From Planctomycetota bacterium (GTDB lineage Bacteria > Planctomycetota > B15-G4), in assembly GCA_029259695.1 (NCBI GenBank), contig JAJDEQ010000102.1:174162-238161 (forward strand): a stretch of DNA of 64,000 nucleotides, read 5' to 3'. Under the pieces are notes generated by a model. The model saw nothing but the letters and a program-made list of their open reading frames with translations. It was not told where the DNA came from and did no database searches. Position 1 is the stretch's first letter; every line of letters starts with the position of its first letter. Below are positions 1 through 8,757 of the stretch, in pieces. The translations under genes were made by a program, and so were the position numbers.

Positions 1-1
1 C

Positions 2-2368
2 GACAAGGTGGTGACGGCGCAGGCCAGTGTCGCCCAACTCGCCGGGTCGGTGCCCTTGCCCACGGACAGCGAGGCTGTCGCTCGCTACGCGAAGAAGGTG
101 CTCTCCCTCGATCCGGCGCTGCACCAACTGCGCGCATCGGCCATGCCGCGCTTCCATCAACCGGTGGACCCGGTCGTGCTGGTGGCGGGATTGACGCCGT
201 CCGACGGGCAGGGTTCGCTCGCCGGTGGAGGGCCGCTCGCCTGTCGCTTCGCAGACCAGGCCCTGACCGGCGTCAACGTGGAGATCGGGGGCGCGACCAA
301 GCCGGTCAGCGTCGCCACCGGAACACTCGCCAGCGGGGTGCCCGCCACGCCGACCAGCTCCTTCCTGCGCGCGGCGGTCGCCGACGGCATCGCCAGCCTG
401 GCGACCGAGTGCTTCTTCGTGGACGCGACGAACGCCCCGGTGATCGTGCAACTCGGGCTCGGCTCGACCGATCAGGCGGTGATCACGAAGCTGACCGCGG
501 CGATGATCGCGGGCAGCGCCGGCATCTCGACCCGCACGAATCCGCTCCAGGCGGCCGTCGCCTTCCAGCGCTGGGGCCAGCAACCGTTCGCCCCCTTGTT
601 CCTCGAGTGGGAGGTGACCTTCTTCTTCACGGCCGGAGCGAGCCAGATCGCCCCGGACAACTGGCCCTTCGCCGACACGGCCTTCGTCGCGCCCAAGGCC
701 ACGACGCCCGTCTGGGTCTTCAACGGCCGCGACTACGACTGGTACGGCGGCAACCCCGAGCAGTCGTCGACGGACGCGCAGGGCTACGCCGGCCGCACGT
801 TCCTCACGCCCCAGGCGACGGCGGTGTTCATCCGACGCCTGGAGAAGTACCTCGAGGGCAACCCCAACGCCGACCTGAAGGCGGTGGACGCGTTCATCGA
901 CAAGGTCGGCAAGTGGAACTTCCTGTCCCAGCGGCTGAGCGGTCTGAGCGACCAGATGATCATGCGCGACGTGGGCGCCGGCCACCCGCCGGACGCGTCG
1001 GTGGCCGCGCGGGTCGGCGCCCAGTACGACACCACGCCCGATCCGGAGAAGGGCGACCAGGACACCGCGTTCGGATCGGGGACACCGTTCTTCTTCCCGG
1101 TGCGCGGCGGCTTCCTGACGGTCAACCGGCTCCAGGTGGTCGACGCGTTCGGTCAGACGGTGGACCTGATGCAGGCCGGCGGCAACGTGGGCAGCGGTGT
1201 GTCGTGGGTGCCGGTGCGCGGCCGTGAGCTGGTCCCGTCGGCCCACGCCAAGCTCACCGGGGGCACGCTGTTCCCGACCCAGGCGATCAAGCTGTCGCCG
1301 CGCGTGGTGCAGGAGGCGCGGCTCGACTTCCGCTTCGTGTCGGCCACCGACGACAAGCACGACACGGGCCAGTTCGCCGACTCCAACCCGGTCTGCGGTT
1401 GGGTCGTGCCCAATCACCTGGACGGCGGGCTGGCGCTCTACGACGCGTCGGGCGCGGCCCTGGGCGAGTTGCTGCTGGCGTCGACCGCCGGCGGCACCCA
1501 GCAGGTGACCTGGTTCCCGGCGCCCGGCAGTGCGGCCGCGGTCAGCGCTGCGACGCAGATCCCCAACGTCCACCTACGCGGCTTCGCCACGGGGCTCATC
1601 GCGCTGACCGACCCCGAGACGCGCTTCAACGAGTTGCTCGGCGTGATCGACGAGACCCTGTGGGCGGTGGACCCGCTGGGCGGGCGCGACGACCAGAACC
1701 TCTCGGTGCTCATCGGCCGGCCCCTGGCGCTGGTGCGGGCCCGGCTGCAACTCGAACTCGAGCGCGATCCGGTCGTCAACCAGAGCTGGCGCGACACGCT
1801 GGGTGCCAGCGACACCGGGCTGGAGAAGATCGTCTTCGGGGCCCGGCTGGGCAGCCTCGAACTCTACAACGACGGCCTGCTCGGCTACTTCGACGGGGAC
1901 AAGTACAGCACCTTCAACTCGGTGCACACGCCGGAGGGCTTCACGCCGAGCGCGGGCGACTACCTCACGCCGATCGGCGTGGGCGGCAACTACATCCCGC
2001 TCTCGTTCGGCCCCGCTCCCACGGCGTCGCGCTTCGTGAGCATGTTGCTCGATCCCCGCGGCGACGTGCACGCCACCACCGGCATCATGCCCACCAAGGC
2101 GATCAACCTGCCGGCCACGTTCTTCGAACCGGCCTTGAGGCGCATGGCGGTCACCTTCCGCGTCGGCCCGGTGCTGACCGACCCGCAGGCCGTGCGCCTG
2201 CCCTTCCCGGCCGAACGCCACGGCACCTGGTCGTGGGTGCAGCGCCCGTCACCCGGCGGTGACCCCGAGGTCGACGGCATCGTGCGGGCCGACGACGGCG
2301 CCCGCCTGCCGGACACACCGCCGCGACTGATCGAAGGCTGGCTCAAACTGACACCGCCCGACTCCTAG
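2..2368 (+). CDS. C-terminal part (at least 788 codons) of a large uncharacterised protein; 5' end probably lies outside the window
   Basis: The frame is open to the window edge (codons at 2-7 are not stops). The first possible start, GTG at 8, has no visible RBS, and the text after it reads like mid-protein. Third codon positions are GC-rich. Stop TAG at 2366-2368. I recognise no catalytic or family motif, signal peptide or TM segment. Confidence 0.7.
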   Translation, partial: DKVVTAQASVAQLAGSVPLPTDSEAVARYAKKVLSLDPALHQLRASAMPRFHQPVDPVVLVAGLTPSDGQGSLAGGGPLACRFADQALTGVNVEIGGATKPVSVATGTLASGVPATPTSSFLRAAVADGIASLATECFFVDATNAPVIVQLGLGSTDQAVITKLTAAMIAGSAGISTRTNPLQAAVAFQRWGQQPFAPLFLEWEVTFFFTAGASQIAPDNWPFADTAFVAPKATTPVWVFNGRDYDWYGGNPEQSSTDAQGYAGRTFLTPQATAVFIRRLEKYLEGNPNADLKAVDAFIDKVGKWNFLSQRLSGLSDQMIMRDVGAGHPPDASVAARVGAQYDTTPDPEKGDQDTAFGSGTPFFFPVRGGFLTVNRLQVVDAFGQTVDLMQAGGNVGSGVSWVPVRGRELVPSAHAKLTGGTLFPTQAIKLSPRVVQEARLDFRFVSATDDKHDTGQFADSNPVCGWVVPNHLDGGLALYDASGAALGELLLASTAGGTQQVTWFPAPGSAAAVSAATQIPNVHLRGFATGLIALTDPETRFNELLGVIDETLWAVDPLGGRDDQNLSVLIGRPLALVRARLQLELERDPVVNQSWRDTLGASDTGLEKIVFGARLGSLELYNDGLLGYFDGDKYSTFNSVHTPEGFTPSAGDYLTPIGVGGNYIPLSFGPAPTASRFVSMLLDPRGDVHATTGIMPTKAINLPATFFEPALRRMAVTFRVGPVLTDPQAVRLPFPAERHGTWSWVQRPSPGGDPEVDGIVRADDGARLPDTPPRLIEGWLKLTPPDS

Positions 2369-2420
2369 CCCCAGCTTCCGGAAGCCCGCACCGGTCTCAC
2401 CAGCACCACGGAACGTCACG

Positions 2421-3941
2421 TTGCCCGACCCCCTGCTGACTTACGCCGTCCACACCGACCCCGATCCGCTCCAGGCCAGCCCGGCGGAGGGCGAGCCCGC
2501 GAAGGCCAGCCTGACCATCGTGGCGTCGAACGACGGCCGGCACGGTCTGATCAAGTGCGAGAAGATCGTGGTGAGCTTCAAGGTCGGCACGTTGCCCAAG
2601 GACCTCAGTCCGCCCGGCGCCGGCACGGTCGGTCAGTGGGTGACGGATGGCTGGGCGATCTCGGCGGACGGCTCGACCTTCACGGCGACGCCGAAGAGCA
2701 AGGCGGCGAGTTGCATCGGCGCATCGGCCGTCGTGCTGGTGTTCGCCGACGTGATGATCAACGCGGAGCCCGGGACGACGCCGCTGACGATCGTGGAGAC
2801 CGCTTCGGCCGCCGACGGGGACTGCGACCACGCGCCGGCACCGGAGCAACGATCGCTCTGTTGCTGGCTCCACAAGTTCCCGGCAGGATTCACCGTTGGC
2901 TCGCTCGACGCGTCGCCACGTACAGTGTCGCCCGGCGACTCGACGACGCTCTCGTGGAGCGGCTCGCCCGGCGCCACGTACAGCCTGGAATACGATCACG
3001 TAGAGATCGAGCACCCGCGAGACGAACCCGATGCACCGCTGCCTCCGAGCGGCAGCTACCGCGTCGACGACCTGCAATCGGACACGGACTTCAGCCTGAT
3101 GGTCCACGTCAAGGTTCCGGGCGAGGTCAAACCAGTCCGGGTCGAGCGGACGCGGTTCGTCAAGGTCGAACAGCTCACGGTGAAGTTCGCGGTGTTGCCG
3201 GTGAGGGTTGGTCCGAACGGCGTGTGCCGGTTGGAGTGGAAGACGACCCATGCCTCCGCCTGCCGCATCGATCCCGAGGTGGGCAGCGTCCCGACCAGTG
3301 GTTCGGTCTATGTGATCGTTCCGTCGACCCGCAAGTACACGCTCACCGCAACGGAAACGGGTTCGGGCAGTCACCAGCAGGCTGAACGCACGGTGACCGT
3401 CGATCCGGGGATCGTGCCCACGGGAGAGACGATCGGCTTCGAGATGCCCGTGGGCGCCACCGGACTCTCGGGCGAGTATCGGAACCCCACAGAGCTGGAA
3501 GAGAGAGATGGAGGACCCGGTGGTGCCGGCGAGGACGGTGGGAGCGTCCCCGATCAGGACATCCACTCCGGACCACTCGACCTGAGTACGTCGCCAACCC
3601 GGGTCACGCTGGTCCAGAACGTCGGTGGAGCCGGGGGGGACGGCGCGACGGGCGGCAGGGGCAATCAGGCCTGGCCGAGCTACCCGACATCCGGCAACGG
3701 TGGTCGGGGCGGGAACGGTGGGCGTGGTGGTGACGGAGGCGTCTTGACGCTCAGACTCTCGAGCGACGACCCGCCCAGCGCGTACGTGATCGACAACCGC
3801 GGCGGCAAGGGAGGAAGGCACGGGCAGGGCGGTCCGGCAGGCCCCGCCTTGACTGATGACTTCGAGCGAGGTGAGGACGGAGATCCGGGTGAGGACGGCG
3901 ATGATGGTTCGCCGGGAAAGGTGATCATCGAAGATGCATGA
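2421..3941 (+). CDS. Uncharacterised protein, paralogue 1 (506 aa): N-terminal domain, two Ig-like modules and a Gly-rich collagen-like tail
   Basis: TTG start at 2421, 52 nt after the upstream stop. Clear paralogy with the next gene (LQASPA..LTIVASND, IVVSFK, STTLSW.GS.GATY, NGVC.L.W.TT.ASACRIDP, YTLTATE.GSG, RTVTVDP, and an identical C-terminal VIIEDA). The tail carries GGAGGDGATGGRGN, GNGGRGGNGGRGGDGG and GEDGDPGEDGDDGSPGK. No signal peptide as read. Confidence 0.8.
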   Translation: MPDPLLTYAVHTDPDPLQASPAEGEPAKASLTIVASNDGRHGLIKCEKIVVSFKVGTLPKDLSPPGAGTVGQWVTDGWAISADGSTFTATPKSKAASCIGASAVVLVFADVMINAEPGTTPLTIVETASAADGDCDHAPAPEQRSLCCWLHKFPAGFTVGSLDASPRTVSPGDSTTLSWSGSPGATYSLEYDHVEIEHPRDEPDAPLPPSGSYRVDDLQSDTDFSLMVHVKVPGEVKPVRVERTRFVKVEQLTVKFAVLPVRVGPNGVCRLEWKTTHASACRIDPEVGSVPTSGSVYVIVPSTRKYTLTATETGSGSHQQAERTVTVDPGIVPTGETIGFEMPVGATGLSGEYRNPTELEERDGGPGGAGEDGGSVPDQDIHSGPLDLSTSPTRVTLVQNVGGAGGDGATGGRGNQAWPSYPTSGNGGRGGNGGRGGDGGVLTLRLSSDDPPSAYVIDNRGGKGGRHGQGGPAGPALTDDFERGEDGDPGEDGDDGSPGKVIIEDA

Positions 3942-5475
3942 CGACCAGTACGGGACCGCCTCAGACGCGGGTGTCGCTTCCGGGCCACTGCTGACGTACA
4001 TCGTCAGCACCGACCCCGATCCGCTGCAGGCCAGCCCGGCCACCGGCGCTCCGTCGACGGCGACGCTCACGATCGTGGCGTCCAACGACCAGGCGAATCA
4101 AAGCGCAGTCGACTGCGAGCAGATCGTGGTGAGCTTCAAGCCGGGCAGCCTGCCCACCGACCTCAGCCCGAGTTCGGCCGCCGCTCCGGGCATGAAGGCC
4201 ACCGATTGCTGGAAGGTCGAAGCGGACGAGACGACCTTCACGCTCACGCCGCTGACCAAGGCGGCGGGCGAGGTGGGGAAGTCGAGCGTCACCCTCGTGC
4301 TGACCGACGTCACGATCAACACCGAGCCGGGCACGGCGAACCTGACGATCACGGAGACGGCATCCCAGCCGACCGCGAGCCCGCCGGTACCGAAGGCAGA
4401 GCGTTCTCTCGACTTGCCGATCGGGAAGTTTCCGCCGCGCTTCAGGGTCGGCGAGCTCGACGCACGGCCCCTCACCGTCCCGGCCGGAGGCTCGACGACG
4501 CTCTCGTGGAACGGCAGCTCGGGAGCCACCTACGTCGTGGAGTTCGACGGCAAGACGATCGACCACGTCCCGGACAAACCGAACGAGCCGCTGCCGTCGA
4601 GCGGCAGCCTGCGGATCGACGGCCTGAAGCAGAACCCCACCGTCTTCAACCTCGTGGTGAGCGTGAAGGTGCCCGGGCAGGCCACGCCGTTGGAAGTCGT
4701 GAGGTCGCGCTCGGTGAGCGTGGAGCAGCTCACCGTCGACTTCGCCGCGCAGCCGTTGAGGGTCGCTCCCAACGGTGTGTGCAAGCTCACCTGGATCACG
4801 ACCAACGCCTCCGCCTGCCGCATCGACCCCGACGTCGGCGACGTGCCGACGAGCGGTTCGGTCTACGTGATCGTCCCGGCGACAGGTGGACCGACGCACG
4901 TGTACACACTCACCGCGACGGAGGCCGGTTCGGGTCATCCGGACCAGGTCCAACGCACCGTGACCGTCGACCCGACCATCGTGCCGCCGCAAGTCCCTCA
5001 CGTGATCAACACGGGGCTCCCCGGACCGCCTGGAGCGACGGGGGGGCGCGGCCCGGGCGGGGCGCCCGGTCGTCCGGGAGGATCCGGCGAGCGTGCTGAG
5101 AACGGCGGTCCCGGTCTCAACGCGCCCGACACGGTCTTCTCGCCGGGGCCGCTCGACCTGAGCGGATCGCCGGAACAGATCATGTTGATCCAGAACCTCG
5201 GTGGGGCTGGCGGCAAGGGGGGGACGGGCGGTGCCGGCGGGGCGGGGAGCCCCCCGGGGGCCGGTGGGCCGGGCGGCGATGGTGGGCCTGGCGGTGACGG
5301 CGGGAACCTGACCCTGCGCCTGGGGAGCGAGGGTCCGCGCAGTGCCTACGTGATCGAGAACCGGGGCGGGAAGGGGGGCACGCGCGGCGAAGGAGGTGCC
5401 GGGTCGACGCGCGGTTCACCCGGCAAGCGCGGCAAGGACGGCAAGGCGGGCACGGTGATCATCGAGGACGCCTAG
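3934..5475 (+). CDS. Uncharacterised protein, paralogue 2 (513 aa): same architecture, with nine consecutive Gly-X-Y triplets
   Basis: ATG at 3934 overlaps the upstream stop (TGA 3939-3941) within the string ATGCATGA. Collagen-like run GLPGPPGATGGRGPGGAPGRPGGSGER at nt 5014-5094. C-terminal GSPGKRGKDGKAGTVIIEDA. GC3-rich frame. Confidence 0.85.
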   Translation: MHDDQYGTASDAGVASGPLLTYIVSTDPDPLQASPATGAPSTATLTIVASNDQANQSAVDCEQIVVSFKPGSLPTDLSPSSAAAPGMKATDCWKVEADETTFTLTPLTKAAGEVGKSSVTLVLTDVTINTEPGTANLTITETASQPTASPPVPKAERSLDLPIGKFPPRFRVGELDARPLTVPAGGSTTLSWNGSSGATYVVEFDGKTIDHVPDKPNEPLPSSGSLRIDGLKQNPTVFNLVVSVKVPGQATPLEVVRSRSVSVEQLTVDFAAQPLRVAPNGVCKLTWITTNASACRIDPDVGDVPTSGSVYVIVPATGGPTHVYTLTATEAGSGHPDQVQRTVTVDPTIVPPQVPHVINTGLPGPPGATGGRGPGGAPGRPGGSGERAENGGPGLNAPDTVFSPGPLDLSGSPEQIMLIQNLGGAGGKGGTGGAGGAGSPPGAGGPGGDGGPGGDGGNLTLRLGSEGPRSAYVIENRGGKGGTRGEGGAGSTRGSPGKRGKDGKAGTVIIEDA

Positions 5476-5511
5476 CCGTCGGCGGCGACGGCGCGCAGGC
5501 GCCGGCCGGGT

Positions 5512-6699
5512 TCAGCGATCGAAGCCGAAGCCCGGGGGTGTGTCCAGCCAGGGGTAGCCACCGAGTGCCAGCTCGTAGCCGAGGTCGAAGAGCTTGGCCA
5601 TGTACACCGGGTCGAAGCCCTCGGTGGGTACCTCGACGAACGAGGCCGGGATGTGGGCCAGGTGGAAGTCGTTGCCGTCGCGGTTGCACAGCGCGTGGAT
5701 CTGGTACAGGTCGCCGATGCCCTGGGTGCGGATCAGTGAGTCGATCGAGCGCGTCGCGATCGGCATCAGGTTGCGGTCGACGCGTTGGTGGCTGGCGCCG
5801 ATGAACGAGTTGCGGATCACGTAGATCTGGGGGCGGCCCTGCACGGACAATTGGTCGGTCACGCGTTGCCAGTTCACGGCCGCCGGGTACACGAAGACCT
5901 GCGAGCCGGTGCCGCCGTCCACGTGCATCTCGTCGTAGGGCCGGCCGTCGACTTCGACGTCGATCATGACCGGTGGGAAAGCCACGGGGATCGCAGCCGA
6001 CGCCTGCAGGATGTCGTGGATCAATTCGATCTTGTGCGGGTGATCGCTCGCCGCGATTTCGCCCACGTTCCAGATCACCGGTCGTCCGGCGTCCAGGTTG
6101 ACCGTGCCGATGTAGAGCCGTCGGCCCTTGGCGAACTCGACCGCGATGGCCTCGATCACGGCGGCGTCGAAGATCTCTCCCAACAGCTTGCGCAGCGGCG
6201 TGGTGTCGGCCATGGAATCGCCGAAGGCGCCCGCCAGGATGCCACGCGGTTCGAGCACGTCCTTGGTCCTCACGGTGGTGTAGACGTGCTGGAGTTCGTC
6301 GTCGTAGTCGCTCCCCAGGAAGGCGAACGGCGCGGTGAGCGCTCCGGTGCTGATGCCCGTCACCATGGCGAACTGCGGGCGGGTGCCCGTGGCGCTCCAG
6401 CCCACGAGCAGGCCGGCGCCGAATGCGCCGTTGGCGCCGCCGCCGGAGATGGCGAGATAGTGGTGGGGCACGCCGTAGAGGTCGGGGAAGGTCTCGCGCA
6501 CCTCGTCGCTCTGCATGTCGAAGAAGCGCCCCATGTTGAAGGTCGGCCACTCGTCAGCCCAGAAGCGGCCGCCCGGCAGGCCGGGGATCCCGGCCTCGTT
6601 CGTCAGCTCCATCGGCACGGGGTTGCGCTCGGGTGCTCCGAGGCAGCCGGGGAGCACGAGGGCGAGTGTCAGCAGGGCGAGCGGGCAGGTATGGCGCAC
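5512..6699 (-). CDS. Patatin-like phospholipase, predicted lipoprotein
   Basis: Oxyanion motif ISGGGANGAFGAG, nucleophile elbow GISTG (GxSxG) and catalytic Asp in HVDGGTG. GTG start at 6699 gives VRHTCPLALLTLALVLPGC (lipobox), with AGAGGA upstream. The track ORF extends to 7008, but that N-terminal extension has no support. Confidence 0.85.
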   Translation of the reverse strand: MRHTCPLALLTLALVLPGCLGAPERNPVPMELTNEAGIPGLPGGRFWADEWPTFNMGRFFDMQSDEVRETFPDLYGVPHHYLAISGGGANGAFGAGLLVGWSATGTRPQFAMVTGISTGALTAPFAFLGSDYDDELQHVYTTVRTKDVLEPRGILAGAFGDSMADTTPLRKLLGEIFDAAVIEAIAVEFAKGRRLYIGTVNLDAGRPVIWNVGEIAASDHPHKIELIHDILQASAAIPVAFPPVMIDVEVDGRPYDEMHVDGGTGSQVFVYPAAVNWQRVTDQLSVQGRPQIYVIRNSFIGASHQRVDRNLMPIATRSIDSLIRTQGIGDLYQIHALCNRDGNDFHLAHIPASFVEVPTEGFDPVYMAKLFDLGYELALGGYPWLDTPPGFGFDR

Positions 6700-6883
6700 G
6701 GACCGTGTTCCTCTGGAGGAGTAGGCGATGGGGCCCGGGAGTATGGCGAACCGGGCTGCGGTTCGCACACGCTGTGCCCATGCTCCGTCGCTAGAATCCC
6801 CGAACCTGCCGGGGGCGGGCCTTGCATGCGTGCTTCGTCGACCCCGGCTCGCCCCGAAGTGCACCCATCGAGGAGACCGCCTG

Positions 6884-8623
6884 ATGACGCGCCAGGCCAT
6901 GTCGCTGCTGTTGTCCTGTTCGTTCCTGCTCGCCGCCACGGCCCGTGCCGACGAGACGTTTCCGGTGGGCACGTTCCCGGTGGACATCGCTCTCGACCCG
7001 GTGCTCAACCGGATCTACGTGGTCAACCTGTCCTCGGACGACGTGACCATGCTCGACGCGACCACCGGCGTCGTGCAGACCATCGCGGCGGGCAGCCAGC
7101 CCAACGGCATGGCGGTCAACCCGATCACGGGGCTGGCCTACGTGGCCAACCGGGATGCGGACACGGTGACCGTGATCGACGGCAGTGACGGTTCCACCCA
7201 GACCATCTCCGTGGACATGTACCCGCTCGAGGTCGCCGTGAACCCGGTCACCAATACGATCTATGTCGTGTGCCGGGACTCCGACAGCGTGACGGTCATC
7301 GACGGCAGCGACAATTCCACCCAGAGCGTGAGCGTGGGTGACTCTCCGGCCGACATCGCGCTGAACCCGGTCACGAACTCGATCTACGTGCCCAACAGCA
7401 ACGCGGGTAACGTGACCGTGATCGACGGCAGCGACAACTCGACCCAGACGGTGACGGCGGGCCTGGGACCGATCCGGGTCGACGTGAACGCGGTCACCAA
7501 CAAGGCCTACGTGCTGAACATCGCAGCCAGCACCATGACGGTGATCGACGGCAGTGACAACTCGACGCAGACGGTGACGACGGGCACGCTGCCCCGGGCC
7601 CTGGCGATCAACCCCGCAACGAACCGCATCTACGCCGTGGTCGTGGAGGGCGTCACCGTGGTCGACGGGAGCGACAACTCCACCCAACTCGTGGCCACGG
7701 GTGTGCTGCCCTGGGAGGTGGCGGTGAATGCGTCCACCAACCGCATCTACATCGTGAACCAGAACTCGTCCAACATGACGGTGATCGACGGCAGCGACAA
7801 CTCCAGCGTGAATGTCTCGGTGACCGGCAGTCCCATCGCCGTGGCGGTGAACCCGGCCACCGGCGTGGTCTACACCGCCAGCGACGGAACCGAACTGCTC
7901 ACGTCCATCGACACCGCGGAACTCGCCGTGGACCTGCCCTTCGACGTGGCGATCACGCCGCTCCCGGGAGACATCGCCTTCGTCGACGGGCCCAGCACGA
8001 TCTCCCTCGCGGCCACCAGCACGTTCGCGCCGACCGCGCCGGCGGTGCAGCAGATCTACGTGCAGGTCGACACGCTCCACGGGGAGTGGACCGCGGCCAC
8101 GCCGCCGGGTGCCAGCGCCACGGTGGACATCGGGCCGCTCCCGGTCGGACCGCACGTGCTGTACGCGTTCGCCGCCGATGGGCAGGTGGCGGCAGACCGC
8201 AGTCTGGTGCTGAGCGACGTGGCCGCGTATGCGTTCGAGTCGTTCAGCCCCTGGGAAGACCTGGGCAACGGCCTGGCCGGGACCCACGGTGAGCCGTTGC
8301 TCGCCGGCACCGGCACGCTCTTCGGCGGCGACCCGCTGACGATCACGCTCAGCAACGCGCTCGAGAGCAGCACCGCGTTCCTGGTGGCCGGCCTGACCCG
8401 CGTCGACGCGCCGTTCAAGGGCGGCGTGCTCGTGCCGGCGCTCGACATCGCGAGCTTCCCGCTGGCGTTGCCCACCGGTCCGTCGGGGACGATCCCGATT
8501 CCCGCCATCTGGCCCCTGGGTATCCCGTCGGGTTTCAGCGTGTACTACCAGTACTGGATCCTCGATCCGGCGGGCCCGGTCGGCTTCGCAGGCAGCAACG
8601 GGCTCTCGGGGACGACGCCCTGA
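6884..8623 (+). CDS. Secreted YVTN-family beta-propeller repeat protein with a shared C-terminal domain
   Basis: ATG at 6884 is preceded by AGGAGA at 6871-6876. Signal peptide MTRQAMSLLLSCSFLLAATARA. About ten repeats of roughly 42 aa of the form N.IYV.N..S..VTVIDGSDNSTQ. Confidence 0.9.
   Translation: MTRQAMSLLLSCSFLLAATARADETFPVGTFPVDIALDPVLNRIYVVNLSSDDVTMLDATTGVVQTIAAGSQPNGMAVNPITGLAYVANRDADTVTVIDGSDGSTQTISVDMYPLEVAVNPVTNTIYVVCRDSDSVTVIDGSDNSTQSVSVGDSPADIALNPVTNSIYVPNSNAGNVTVIDGSDNSTQTVTAGLGPIRVDVNAVTNKAYVLNIAASTMTVIDGSDNSTQTVTTGTLPRALAINPATNRIYAVVVEGVTVVDGSDNSTQLVATGVLPWEVAVNASTNRIYIVNQNSSNMTVIDGSDNSSVNVSVTGSPIAVAVNPATGVVYTASDGTELLTSIDTAELAVDLPFDVAITPLPGDIAFVDGPSTISLAATSTFAPTAPAVQQIYVQVDTLHGEWTAATPPGASATVDIGPLPVGPHVLYAFAADGQVAADRSLVLSDVAAYAFESFSPWEDLGNGLAGTHGEPLLAGTGTLFGGDPLTITLSNALESSTAFLVAGLTRVDAPFKGGVLVPALDIASFPLALPTGPSGTIPIPAIWPLGIPSGFSVYYQYWILDPAGPVGFAGSNGLSGTTP
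8252..8620 (+). other. C-terminal domain of about 123 aa shared with the FG-GAP protein (copy 1)
   Basis: W.DLG..LAG...APFKGGVLVP...WP.G...G...Q.W..D..G..G...NG.SGT.P runs to the last residue and aligns with 18277-18639. Confidence 0.7.
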
Positions 8624-8757
8624 TTGCGCGTGTTCAGCGGGTCCGGGTGCGCACGGGGTCGCCCTGCAGCCGCGTTCCGGAGGGCTGCCGGTGTCCGGCC
8701 CGTGACGACGGCTTGCGGCCGCTGTCGCCGGTGCGGATGGCTGGCATACTGATCTCC

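Noticed and set aside
6700-7008. N-terminal extension of 103 aa on the patatin ORF, as given in the track
   Set aside because: The extension is Ser/Arg-rich and overlaps the promoter and 5' region of the divergent YVTN gene. The internal GTG at 6699 yields a canonical lipoprotein signal with an upstream RBS-like AGAGGA.
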